From a bacterium (GTDB taxonomy: Bacteria; UBA8248), in NCBI GenBank assembly GCA_965221165.1, contig CBDCRP010000003.1, positions 1,984,001 to 2,048,000 on the forward strand: DNA of 64,000 nt, in the 5' to 3' direction. A model generated the notes under the pieces. That model saw nothing but the letters and a program-made list of their open reading frames with translations, was not told the DNA's origin and made no database searches. This document shows, one piece after another, positions 9,693 through 19,208 of this stretch. Within the stretch, counting starts at the first letter, position 1; every line of letters begins with the position of its first letter. A program made the translations under genes and the position numbers.

Positions 9693-10571
9693 ATGGCACG
9701 CAAAGCAAAGGCACTGCCAGGCCCAGCAAACACCCGAGGATTCGTTCAAATCGCAGAGGGTATACATGTATTTGTTGGAGGAGACGGCGCGACGAACTTC
9801 GGCCTCGTGCTTACGGACGAAAAACCCGTTATCGTCGATAACGACATTCGTATAAGAAAAGCTTTTATCTCCGGAATGAAAGAGATCACCCGAAAATCAC
9901 CTGGTTTGGTACTCAATACCCACCATAATTTCGATCACACCTCCGACAATGGCTATTATCATAAACGAGGGGCCGTTTCCGTTGGTGAAGAAAACATACG
10001 CCTGGAGATGGAACGAGAGGAAAACGCAGGCATCTGGGTAAAGCAAATGGCGGGCAGGCCGCAAAAAGTGGAACACCTGATTGGCAAACTCCACATAGCG
10101 CCTCCTATGGTGACATTCGAAGGTGAAATTTCCATTCGTTACGGAGGGAGACTATTCGAGATGATTCATATAGGCCATTGCCACACCAAGGGAGACGCCG
10201 TTGTGTGGATGCCAGAGGAGAGAATTCTATTTACAGGAGATCTGCTCGACTACCGAACCCACCCGGTGGCAAGGCTAGGAAATTTTACCAACTGGATAGA
10301 TGCGATTCCCAAACTAAAGAAGTTTCCCGCCAAGTTCCTCGTCCCCGGCCATGGGCCTATTCCCACTCAACCCGCCTCAAGTGTATGGAATGAATTCAGG
10401 GGATATATGACAAAATTGCGCTCTCGCACCGCCGCCGCCTTGAAAAAACACCGAACACCGACGAAGGCGGTCCCGCACGTTCACATGGATGAATATCGCA
10501 ATTGGCTTCGGTCGAACCTTGTTCCGCAAAACGCGATGTTAATGGCCAAGGAATTAAGAAAAAAAAGGTGA
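9693..10571 (+). CDS. MBL-fold metallo-hydrolase (cyclase-like)
   Basis: THHNFDH, HTKGD, FTGD, PGHG. Confidence 0.88.
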   Translation: MARKAKALPGPANTRGFVQIAEGIHVFVGGDGATNFGLVLTDEKPVIVDNDIRIRKAFISGMKEITRKSPGLVLNTHHNFDHTSDNGYYHKRGAVSVGEENIRLEMEREENAGIWVKQMAGRPQKVEHLIGKLHIAPPMVTFEGEISIRYGGRLFEMIHIGHCHTKGDAVVWMPEERILFTGDLLDYRTHPVARLGNFTNWIDAIPKLKKFPAKFLVPGHGPIPTQPASSVWNEFRGYMTKLRSRTAAALKKHRTPTKAVPHVHMDEYRNWLRSNLVPQNAMLMAKELRKKR

Positions 10572-10576
10572 AAATT

Positions 10577-11140
10577 TCACACCCACTCGATTGGCGGTGC
10601 TTCTCCCTGGAAATACCCGGGGGGGACATTCCCTCGCACTCGACGGGTGATCAAGCGCTTTTTCGTCAATGAAAAACGACTTTCCACTTCGGCCGATGAA
10701 GACCACGGCTCTTCATCATGAAAACCACCCACCCGAATTTCTCCTTCTACAATCAAGACGCCATTCTCTACCCGGGGGGTATTTCGCACTACTCCTGATT
10801 TTTCATCCCAAAATTGCACGGTGCCATCTCTTGCGCCGAAAGCATAAACAGAACCTCCTCGCTTCCAATCCACTGTTGCAAACGGCCCTCCTTTTTCTTC
10901 TCTCCTCATTTCCGCCCTGCTCGTACCCACGATATACAAATCCTGCCAGATGAGAGGAGGCGCTATCACCCAGCCCGCCGTGTTCTCCACTCGCCAGCGA
11001 AAATTACCGCTTTCTCGATCCACCGCAAAAAAATGGCCCTTTTCCTGGTCATTCAGAACAGCGAAAATTCCCTTTTCATCCGTGGCATACAGCGAAGTAT
11101 GAACTCCCAAGCGCTCAAGAAGCTCATCGGGTGGAATCAT
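10577..11140 (-). CDS. PQQ-like beta-propeller repeat protein
   Basis: FAVDRESGNFRW and YAFGARDGTVQFW repeats; GGAGAGG RBS. Confidence 0.6.
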   Translation of the reverse strand: MIPPDELLERLGVHTSLYATDEKGIFAVLNDQEKGHFFAVDRESGNFRWRVENTAGWVIAPPLIWQDLYIVGTSRAEMRREEKGGPFATVDWKRGGSVYAFGARDGTVQFWDEKSGVVRNTPRVENGVLIVEGEIRVGGFHDEEPWSSSAEVESRFSLTKKRLITRRVRGNVPPGYFQGEAPPIEWV

Positions 11141-11357
11141 CACGCAACCTACCTCTCCATGAGTGCCCATCAATAAAAGCCAATTAGTAACATTCAGCCT
11201 TAGGATACTCCATGTCGCAGGCGTCATTCACCTCTCGTTCGCCAAGTACCAGAAATAAGTCGCTGCTAATTAAGGTCGTGCGTCATAATTATTTTTGATA
11301 AGCTTGAGTGAAAGAAAACTGTAGAAAATAAGCATTCCATTGAAAAGGAGATTTCAC

Positions 11358-11930
11358 ATGGCCGTCGTCACTATTTCACGTCAATACGGAACCGGTGGAA
11401 TTTTCATTGCGCACAAGCTTGCGGAAAAATTGAACTATAGTTTTCTGGGACGCGATGAACTCGTCGAAGTTTGCAACCAACGAGGTTTGAACTTGGATTT
11501 AGAGAAAATCGAAGGACGCGCCCCAACAATCTTGGAGCGTACTTTCGGCGTGAGACGAGACAGCTTACGAGATGTTTTGTCTGAAACCATGTATGAAGCG
11601 GCGGATAAAGGGAACGTCGTTATCGGCGGGTGGGGAGGACAAGTACTCCTCAAGGATCGATCCGACGCCCTCCATCTGCGGATCGTCGGCAGCGTGGAAG
11701 CCCGTATCCGGCACTTCATGGAATCATCAGGCGTAACGAGAACAGCCGCAGAAGAAACTATCAAGAGATCCGACCGGGATCAAGGTTTGTTTTCCCAGTA
11801 TTTTTTTCATATCGATTTCGCCGACTCAACTCTTTATCACGGCACATTGAACATCGAGCAAACATCGCCCGACGGCATGATCTCCATCATCGAATCAATG
11901 ATTGAAGAAAAAGAAAAGGCGGCTTCATGA
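11358..11930 (+). CDS. Cytidylate kinase-like family protein
   Basis: VVTISRQYGTGG...VIGGWGG...LHLRI. Confidence 0.88.
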   Translation: MAVVTISRQYGTGGIFIAHKLAEKLNYSFLGRDELVEVCNQRGLNLDLEKIEGRAPTILERTFGVRRDSLRDVLSETMYEAADKGNVVIGGWGGQVLLKDRSDALHLRIVGSVEARIRHFMESSGVTRTAAEETIKRSDRDQGLFSQYFFHIDFADSTLYHGTLNIEQTSPDGMISIIESMIEEKEKAAS

Positions 11931-12202
11931 TCAGGAACGAGAGATCGAATTTCCGTGTCATATCCTGCCTACTAGATTTTGAGCTTATAAGCCCCGCCTC
12001 GTCGTGCACTTTTGGTACAGGAAAAGTGGTTTCAAAGCGCGTGAAATTTTAGAGGAGGGGTTTTCATTTGAAACAATGGAGACAGGCCGCCACCCCAGTT
12101 CATCCATGAGAACATTCCTCGAAAAAATGCCGCTGCGAAAAGATGTCTTCACCTCAATACAACCTTGAGATGCGCCGGTTTCGTGACAACCGTCTGGAAA
12201 AA

Positions 12203-13438
12203 TCAACCTTTTCTTCTCTTTGCTTGAGAGGATGCCGCCGCCACGGCAATAAGTGACAACACCTGAACAGCCAACACCAGAATAAACGCCCAATAATAGC
12301 TTCTCCATAAATCAAAAAAGTATCCTGCAAGCCAAGGTCCTACGGCTGAGGCCAATCCTCCTCCCATTTGGCTGAACCCCAGGATTCGACCAAAGTTTTT
12401 GCCAGCAAAAATGTCCGCCTTGATCGATACGAAAATAGCGCCACGAGCCCCGGCACCGATGCCATACACCAAAACATAAGCATATCCCAGCCAAACACGG
12501 TGTTCAGATAAATTCATCAACAAAAAAACGCCCGACATGGCAATTACGCTGAGCAGATAAAAAGTTCGGGTTCGTCCAATTCTGTCCCCCACCCAGCCAC
12601 CCAAAATACCTCCCAAGGCCCTGATTACGGCCAGACCTCCAATGAGAGAGGCGGCTTTCATCGTGCTCATTCCCACATCAACCATGTGCGCAGCCTGATG
12701 TACGCCGACCACGCTGAAACCAACACCATTAAATATTCCCGCCAGAAACAAAAGCCAAAAAACCGAATCGGATAAGGCTTCTTTCAATGTCCAATTCGAC
12801 CCGAGGTCGTCTCCTCTTCTTAGTTCCGTTACATCGGCGCGGCGGCGATGTAAGAACACATTCAAGGGAACCAATAAAACGATGATGCCAATAGCCAACA
12901 AAACATAGGCCGCGCGCCATCCAAAAGTCGCGATTAGATAAGCGGAAACCGGAACCATGACAATGCCGCCACAACTCCTTCCCGATAAAGATATCCCCAT
13001 CGCCACGGAGCGGCGTCGCACAAACCATTGACTAACGACGGTGCTTGTAGGAATAAACCCAAACATAGTAACGCCTAGGGCGACGATGCCTCCATAGAAA
13101 AAATATAAGGTGGGTAAGCTGGAAACCATTGACATCAAAACAAGGCCGGTGCCTAGAATCGTGATTCCCGTGGGAATGATCACCCGCGGTCCCCAACGGT
13201 CCACCATTGCCCCAATAAAGCCGGCGGAAATCGCAAACGTGGCCATTGAAAAAGAAAATGCTAAGGCAGTGTCCGCCCGAGACCACCCAAATTCATCAAG
13301 AAAAGCCACATAAAAAACAGGAAAAGTTCCGACGATAGAACCGCCAATAGCCATGGTGAAAAAGGTGAGGCCAACTATCACCCAGCCATAATAGCGACCT
13401 GTATTCTCACTGGCCTTCTCTGAAAAATAGGGCACCAT
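12203..13438 (-). CDS. MFS transporter
   Basis: About 12 hydrophobic segments; GAMVDRWGPR and GWVGDRIGR MFS loop motifs. Confidence 0.93.
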   Translation of the reverse strand: MVPYFSEKASENTGRYYGWVIVGLTFFTMAIGGSIVGTFPVFYVAFLDEFGWSRADTALAFSFSMATFAISAGFIGAMVDRWGPRVIIPTGITILGTGLVLMSMVSSLPTLYFFYGGIVALGVTMFGFIPTSTVVSQWFVRRRSVAMGISLSGRSCGGIVMVPVSAYLIATFGWRAAYVLLAIGIIVLLVPLNVFLHRRRADVTELRRGDDLGSNWTLKEALSDSVFWLLFLAGIFNGVGFSVVGVHQAAHMVDVGMSTMKAASLIGGLAVIRALGGILGGWVGDRIGRTRTFYLLSVIAMSGVFLLMNLSEHRVWLGYAYVLVYGIGAGARGAIFVSIKADIFAGKNFGRILGFSQMGGGLASAVGPWLAGYFFDLWRSYYWAFILVLAVQVLSLIAVAAASSQAKRRKG

Positions 13439-13576
13439 TTCGCTGAATTCGCAACGGAAAAATACGGGCGCTCTCGTCAAGGAGGCGCCCCAGAAAAGAT
13501 GATTCGCGAAATATTTCCATTTTCGAGGAAACTTACTACAGAAAATCAAAACCTTTGAACAAAACCCAATGAATGT

Positions 13577-14734
13577 TTAGACACGCATCGGCATTACAAC
13601 ATATGTATACCCACCCGAGTCTTTGGGGGAAATCACACCAGGGCTCAGCGAATCTTTTAGCTCCATGCTGATTTGCTCTTCTTCCAATATGGAGAGCGCA
13701 TCGAGGCAATACCTAGAATTAAATCCAATCGTAATATCAGTCTGCGCGTTCGATTCGATGGTTTCCTCGGCCTCTCCCGCCTCTGATCCGTTCGTCGTCA
13801 ATTTCAACTGACCCCGGGAAAACTCGAACTTCACCATGCGTGTTTCATTCGTGAAAAGAGAGACTCGCCTGAGCGCTTGCGTTAAACTCTCCCGATTCAT
13901 CAAAATCGAATGCTCATTGTTATCTGGAATCACTTGCCTGTATTTCGGGAACTCGCCATCTATCAACCGAGCCGATAATGCAATATTCTCCATTTGAAAA
14001 ATAATGTGGTTTGGAGTGAGGGAAGCGGACGCTTCGCCTCCTGAAAGAGATAAACCCTGACCGCTTGGAACGTGGGTAAGAGAAACGGATACTTCACCCT
14101 CAACGCCTTGTAAGAGTTTTACGAGTTCTCCCAAAGCTTTTTTGTGGACAATGACTCCCTCATCAAGCACTAACCCTTCACTCGCGCGCTCAATCATTGC
14201 CAATCGATGGCCATCCGTGGCGACGAGGCGCAGCGTGTCGGCTTCGGTTTCCATGAAAACGCCATTGTAAGTGTAGCGCGTCTCATCCTGGGATATCGCA
14301 AACATCGTCTTGCGAATCATTTCGGATAAAACCGAAGCTGAAATCGTATGCATTTTCGATTCTTTTGACTCCGGAAGTGCAGGAAACTCTGAGGGCGGCA
14401 ACCCCGGGAAACGAAATTTCGAGCGCTCGCAGCGCATTTCAATCCATTGCCCATCTTCTTCTGTGAAACGAACCTCAGCTTCGGGAAGCTCCCGAACAAT
14501 ATCAAACAATTTCCTTGCATTCAGCGTTACACTGCCTGTTTTCTCTACTTCGGCCTCGAACATTCCCCGCATACTTATATCAAGATTCGTGCCCAACAAG
14601 CGGATATTATTTTTGCCTTCTGTCTCGACAAGCACGTTTTGCAGTATTGGCATTGCGCTGCTTCTGTTTTCGACAACACCTTGTATCGTCTGAAGGGCTT
14701 TGAGCAACGTATCCCTTGAAATGGCTAACTCCAC
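13577..14734 (-). CDS. dnaN: DNA polymerase III beta sliding clamp (with ~20-aa insertion)
   Basis: MPILQNVL, ARKLFDIVREL, VATDGHRL, LIDGEFPKY, IGFNSRY, VVMPMRV; GTG start behind AGGAG. Confidence 0.96.
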   Translation of the reverse strand: MELAISRDTLLKALQTIQGVVENRSSAMPILQNVLVETEGKNNIRLLGTNLDISMRGMFEAEVEKTGSVTLNARKLFDIVRELPEAEVRFTEEDGQWIEMRCERSKFRFPGLPPSEFPALPESKESKMHTISASVLSEMIRKTMFAISQDETRYTYNGVFMETEADTLRLVATDGHRLAMIERASEGLVLDEGVIVHKKALGELVKLLQGVEGEVSVSLTHVPSGQGLSLSGGEASASLTPNHIIFQMENIALSARLIDGEFPKYRQVIPDNNEHSILMNRESLTQALRRVSLFTNETRMVKFEFSRGQLKLTTNGSEAGEAEETIESNAQTDITIGFNSRYCLDALSILEEEQISMELKDSLSPGVISPKDSGGYTYVVMPMRV

Positions 14735-15077
14735 AATACCGACTCCTTGTAATGGAACAGGACTTAATGAATCATCGACAGCATCAACCCGTGCTTTAGG
14801 GTTTGATAATAACAAATTCTAGGATATTCAGGGTCTTACTTTCCATATAAACCAAAGATGCGCACGGGGCAAGGGGATAAGTTTTTTGAAACAGATACTT
14901 CGATTGTTCTGTGAAGGTTGATCACATGAAAATTTATTACACCTCTCTGCTCGTCTCCAGAGGAACTTTCACCTCGGTTCAAACACTGAAGCAGTGCAAC
15001 AATTCTTGAATCATTCATTCGAAATGGTAATATGAAAACCTTGTTTATGCGGAGGCTCTCCAACTAATCTCTATATT

Positions 15078-15830
15078 ATGAATAAATCGAACTCCAAGCA
15101 TTCCCTACTACACATTTACGCACATCCGGATGATGAATCTTTTGGAAACCCAGTCACATTCACATTCTACGCAAACCAAGGCGTGCGAATGGGCCTCCTT
15201 ACCCTCACACGAGGAGAAGCAGGTCTTACAAACGGCGTATGCAAGCCTGATGAGTTAGGCGATGTCCGGGAAGAGGAACTGAAAAACGCCTGCCAGGTAC
15301 TTGGCGTTGAAAACATGACGCTCTGGAACTACCCAGATGGCGGATTGAAATCCATCGAAGATGCAGAAGTCCTGCCCCACATCGAAAAATTTATCCGAAA
15401 CTTTTCCCCCGATGTGGTCGTAACGTATGGCGAAGACGGCGTTACAGGACATCCTGATCATATTGCCGTCGGCCGCTGGGTCACAAAGGTTTTCCATCGG
15501 CTTGTCAGAGAAAATCCAAATTCCGCCCCCAAACGCCTGTACCACCGAATATCGCCAGAGAAAAGACGTACTCTTTATAACCGCTCCGACCTTATTTATC
15601 GAGATGACTACACAACCATTGTCGATGGACGGAACTTTCCACATGTGAGATTAAAAGCGCAAGCATGCCATCGCTCCCAAAAGCAAATTACGGATTACAC
15701 TCAACCAAAAATGTTTGAAGTAGGATTGGTAGATTATTATTTCAGGCATTACCCTGCTTGGTGTGGAGGACCCCTGGAGGCTGATCTGTTCGGTGAGTCC
15801 TACCATGCCGATGAAACCAAATTGCCCTGA
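15078..15830 (+). CDS. PIG-L family deacetylase
   Basis: AHPDDES, TRGEAG, GHPDH, HRSQ. Confidence 0.92.
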   Translation: MNKSNSKHSLLHIYAHPDDESFGNPVTFTFYANQGVRMGLLTLTRGEAGLTNGVCKPDELGDVREEELKNACQVLGVENMTLWNYPDGGLKSIEDAEVLPHIEKFIRNFSPDVVVTYGEDGVTGHPDHIAVGRWVTKVFHRLVRENPNSAPKRLYHRISPEKRRTLYNRSDLIYRDDYTTIVDGRNFPHVRLKAQACHRSQKQITDYTQPKMFEVGLVDYYFRHYPAWCGGPLEADLFGESYHADETKLP

Positions 15831-15831
15831 A

Positions 15832-16476
15832 CTACACCACCCTGCCATACGCGAGTCGCACATTTTTTACTGAAAGAGAATTTGCCCACTCTGGTATATG
15901 AGTGCTCACAACCAAAGTGATTCCAGAGACAGCTAAATTTTCAATCAGCTCGACAATTAGTTTGCTATTTTCTTCGTCTATATGGGAAATGGGCTCATCT
16001 AAAAGAAGGGTCTCCGCTCCCGCCGCTAACACTCTGGCAATTGCTACACGTTTTTTCTCTCCCCCGGAGAGTTTGGCGGCATCTCGATAAATCAAACTTT
16101 CGCATCGCGTCTTGAGGATGGCTTCCTCAGCCTTTTCGTTGGCCTGCGATACATTTATCCCGCGCGCGCGGGCTCCGTAGGAAACATTCAAAAGAACATT
16201 TCCTTGGAAAAGATATGGCTCCTGGGCGAGAAGCGTGACTTTTCTTCTGTGTTTGAGGCCTGACTTGCCGAAAATAACAGATTCACCCTTATAGTTGATG
16301 ATGCCATCCTCAGGCTTAAGTAAGCCCGCCATTACGCGCATCAGAGTTGTTTTCCCGGAACCGTTCGCTCCGGTGAGCAGCGTCACTGCACCAGCTGGCA
16401 CCTCCATCCTCTCAATGTCCAAGACTAAATCTGACTCAAATCGAAATTTCACGTTTTCCAGAAAAAACACTTCCAT
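15832..16476 (-). CDS. tupC: Tungstate ABC transporter ATP-binding subunit
   Basis: GANGSGKTT, LSGGE, LLLDEP; operon with tupAB. Confidence 0.85.
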   Translation of the reverse strand: MEVFFLENVKFRFESDLVLDIERMEVPAGAVTLLTGANGSGKTTLMRVMAGLLKPEDGIINYKGESVIFGKSGLKHRRKVTLLAQEPYLFQGNVLLNVSYGARARGINVSQANEKAEEAILKTRCESLIYRDAAKLSGGEKKRVAIARVLAAGAETLLLDEPISHIDEENSKLIVELIENLAVSGITLVVSTHIPEWANSLSVKNVRLAYGRVV

Positions 16477-16477
16477 T

Positions 16478-17164
16478 TCAAGACCTTTGGATATAGCGAG
16501 AAAGCAGATTCGTCACGAAAATAATCGCCAAGAGCACAACGCCCAACGCGATCCCGAAACCAAATTCTCCTTTCATGCTCTCAAGCGCAATAGCCGTGGT
16601 CAGGGTTCGAGTATATCCTTCTATGTTCCCTCCTAGCATCATGGCGATCCCTACTTCCGAAGATACGCGACCAAATGCCGCCAACACCGCCGCCACCATC
16701 CCGAAGCGGGCTTCACGCAGCACCGTCCAAGCCACAAGCCCATTGGATGCGCCCAAGGTGAGTGCTGTTTCCCGAACCCTTTCATCAACCGATGCGACAG
16801 ATGTCATGGAGAATACTGCTACGAGTGGAATCGCCAGCACGACCAACCCGATGACAATGGCCGAAGGAGTGAACAGCAAGTCGGCAAATCCCAAGGGCCC
16901 TCGCCTGGAGATGAAACCATATACGAGCAACCCGATGACGACAGTTGGGAAGCCAAGTGATGTTTGAAGCGTCGTGACGGCTAAACCGCGCCCTCGAGAA
17001 CGGCTCGTCCCCAACAAAAAGCCAACGGGCAAGCCAATGAGAGACGCGAGAACCGTAGCCCAAAAACCTACCTTGACAGTTACCCAAGCAGCGCGCATTA
17101 CTTGAGGGTCTGCCCTAAGCACCCGCATCAATCCATCGGTAAACCCATCGAGTAAATATTCCAA
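16478..17164 (-). CDS. tupB: Tungstate ABC transporter permease
   Basis: PTVVIGL, SRRGPLG, EVGIAMMLGGNI, TRTLTTAIALE. Confidence 0.9.
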   Translation of the reverse strand: MEYLLDGFTDGLMRVLRADPQVMRAAWVTVKVGFWATVLASLIGLPVGFLLGTSRSRGRGLAVTTLQTSLGFPTVVIGLLVYGFISRRGPLGFADLLFTPSAIVIGLVVLAIPLVAVFSMTSVASVDERVRETALTLGASNGLVAWTVLREARFGMVAAVLAAFGRVSSEVGIAMMLGGNIEGYTRTLTTAIALESMKGEFGFGIALGVVLLAIIFVTNLLSRYIQRS

Positions 17165-17189
17165 AACGCTTATCCTCTACGGAAAGTCA

Positions 17190-18017
17190 TCAATGTGTTC
17201 TTTTCGCGTTTGGATGAAAGAGAGGTTTTCCCTTAAGGCGAAAATCATGGATGATTCTTTGCCCCTCGGCAGATGTGAGAAAATCGATATATTTCAGCGC
17301 CAAGTTAAACTTCACATGCGAATGGCGCTTTGGGTTCACGGCAATTACACTATAGGGGTTGTGTAAACGTTTTCCTCTAGGACCTTGAATCTTGAGGGAA
17401 ATCTTTCCGTTCTCAACAAGAGCGATGTACGTGCCTCTGTCCGTAAGCGTGTATCCATTTTTTTCATCCGCCGCCATCAAAGTTCTACCCATTCCCTGGC
17501 CCAAAGCGCGATACCAGGGGCCAAACACGCCCACGCCGGCACCCTTCCAAAGATACATTTCCTTTTTGTGCGTCCCAGAATCATCCCCTCGGCTGAACCA
17601 AAAACTTTTCGAATTCTTTATTCTAAGCAACGCCTCGGACACATTGAATGTTCTTAATACCCCGGCAAAATCCGATGCCGGGCCTACAATCACAAAATCG
17701 TTATACATGACAGCTCTTCTGTGAACGCCATAGCCTCGCTCCATAAATAAATCTTCCGCTTTTTTCGCATGGACAAGCACAACGTCCACATCCCCATTTT
17801 GGCCCAAGCGCAACGCCTTTCCAGTGCCTACGGATATCGTATGCACGAAAACACCATGCTTTTTCTCAAATACCGGATGCAATTGTTTGAGTAAGCCAGA
17901 ATTCTCCGTGCTCGTCGTAGTCGCAAGTTTCAATCGCTCCAAAGCGAGGGAATTCGTCCAAAATCCCAAAACCAACAAACCCGCCAGGGATAACCACAGG
18001 AGAACACACCTCATCAT
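17190..18017 (-). CDS. tupA: Tungstate ABC transporter substrate-binding protein
   Basis: Signal peptide; LATTTSTENSGLL, GTGKAL, SRGDDSGTH. Confidence 0.92.
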   Translation of the reverse strand: MMRCVLLWLSLAGLLVLGFWTNSLALERLKLATTTSTENSGLLKQLHPVFEKKHGVFVHTISVGTGKALRLGQNGDVDVVLVHAKKAEDLFMERGYGVHRRAVMYNDFVIVGPASDFAGVLRTFNVSEALLRIKNSKSFWFSRGDDSGTHKKEMYLWKGAGVGVFGPWYRALGQGMGRTLMAADEKNGYTLTDRGTYIALVENGKISLKIQGPRGKRLHNPYSVIAVNPKRHSHVKFNLALKYIDFLTSAEGQRIIHDFRLKGKPLFHPNAKRTH

Positions 18018-18028
18018 TGGGATGTCCT

Positions 18029-18352
18029 TTATGTTCTTGGTTGTTCTGAAGCTCCGAAAGGAGGCGCGGAATCCAACACTTTGAGGTCGATTTCTTGCGA
18101 GAATGCCTCGAGAAGAGCTTTCATCTCAACTTTCGTATCAGTAGTTGAAGTCAGCCGCGCAAGCGACATGGGTTGGCCATGTTCGTTTTTCTCAATACAA
18201 GCATGAAAAGTTTGGTAGTAGCCTAAATCGCCATAACCTTCCAGTATCGCTTGTAAATAATTTTGCTCTGATGTCGGTACATGCAACCACCAGATGAGAG
18301 AGCCCTCGCATGGCTCAGGGTTGGGCCTCTCACCTTTTCGATGGGGGTTCAT
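18029..18352 (-). CDS. Hypothetical protein (DUF4911-like)
   Basis: YLQAILEGYGDLG motif; overlaps the upstream stop. Confidence 0.55.
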   Translation of the reverse strand: MNPHRKGERPNPEPCEGSLIWWLHVPTSEQNYLQAILEGYGDLGYYQTFHACIEKNEHGQPMSLARLTSTTDTKVEMKALLEAFSQEIDLKVLDSAPPFGASEQPRT

Positions 18353-18753
18353 TTGTCCGGATAAATTCGGTCTGCCGCCCGTTGGACTATCATGGGCATT
18401 TCTCTCACAAATAACGAACGAGGCATCACTCGGTCAAAACCCGCCCGCTCCGCCGACTTGAGCAACTCCGGCTCAGTATGCTTGCCCCAAGCGATGGAGT
18501 ACACATCTTTGTTTTTTTCACTGGCTTTTAGTTTTTTGACAAGTTCGCTTGCTCTTTCGCCACCTAGTTCGTGGTGATGCAAATCCAACATGAATAATAC
18601 GGAGTGAAATTTTTTGAGCGCTTCATCAAATTTTTCCTCTGAATCGATAAATTCCAACATAACCCCTTGCGAAGCCCCCGCTTCCCGAATGCCAGCGGAG
18701 AACATCAAATCAGAGCAAACGACAAAAATTCTTTTCGCTTCTTCTACCATCAT
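18349..18753 (-). CDS. Atypical stand-alone receiver-like protein
   Basis: DLMF...LDL...HTEPELLKSAERAGFDRVMPRSLF pattern. Confidence 0.65.
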   Translation of the reverse strand: MMVEEAKRIFVVCSDLMFSAGIREAGASQGVMLEFIDSEEKFDEALKKFHSVLFMLDLHHHELGGERASELVKKLKASEKNKDVYSIAWGKHTEPELLKSAERAGFDRVMPRSLFVREMPMIVQRAADRIYPDK

Positions 18754-19145
18754 TAACCGTTTTTATTCTCATGCAAAAATTCATTTTTAGACTCGCCCAG
18801 ATAGCCGGGTAAATAGTCGATGCGTCCCGAAGATAAAATTTCAATGTATTTCGCACCTTCAGGTCCCACGCCTGTTGCGCTATGGAACACCCCGCCCGGG
18901 ATGGAGGCGAATCCACCAGGCTCCAGCCATTTTTCTACACCATTGATGTGCATTTTCAATTTGCCCTCTAGTACAACGATAAACTGATCCTCAGGGTGCC
19001 GATGAATCGTTCGCTCATCAAATATCGTGCCAGGGGCTATCTCGCCACGCTGCATCGTCAACCCATCCAACGCAGCCACTCGACGCATGGTGCCTTTACG
19101 AAGATTTTGATTTTCAGGAATGTCTTCCCAACGATGAAAACCCAA
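18753..19145 (-). CDS. Cupin domain protein
   Basis: HRHPEDQ...GVFHSA. Confidence 0.85.
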   Translation of the reverse strand: MGFHRWEDIPENQNLRKGTMRRVAALDGLTMQRGEIAPGTIFDERTIHRHPEDQFIVVLEGKLKMHINGVEKWLEPGGFASIPGGVFHSATGVGPEGAKYIEILSSGRIDYLPGYLGESKNEFLHENKNG

Positions 19146-19208
19146 TTTTCTGTCCCTTGCTTATCAGTCCCATGGACGGCAGACGCGCAACTGGTGAGGG
19201 AAAAATCG

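Noticed and set aside
11931-12202. Possible small ORF between the cytidylate-kinase-like gene and the MFS gene
   Set aside because: Only short frames with no recognisable motif.
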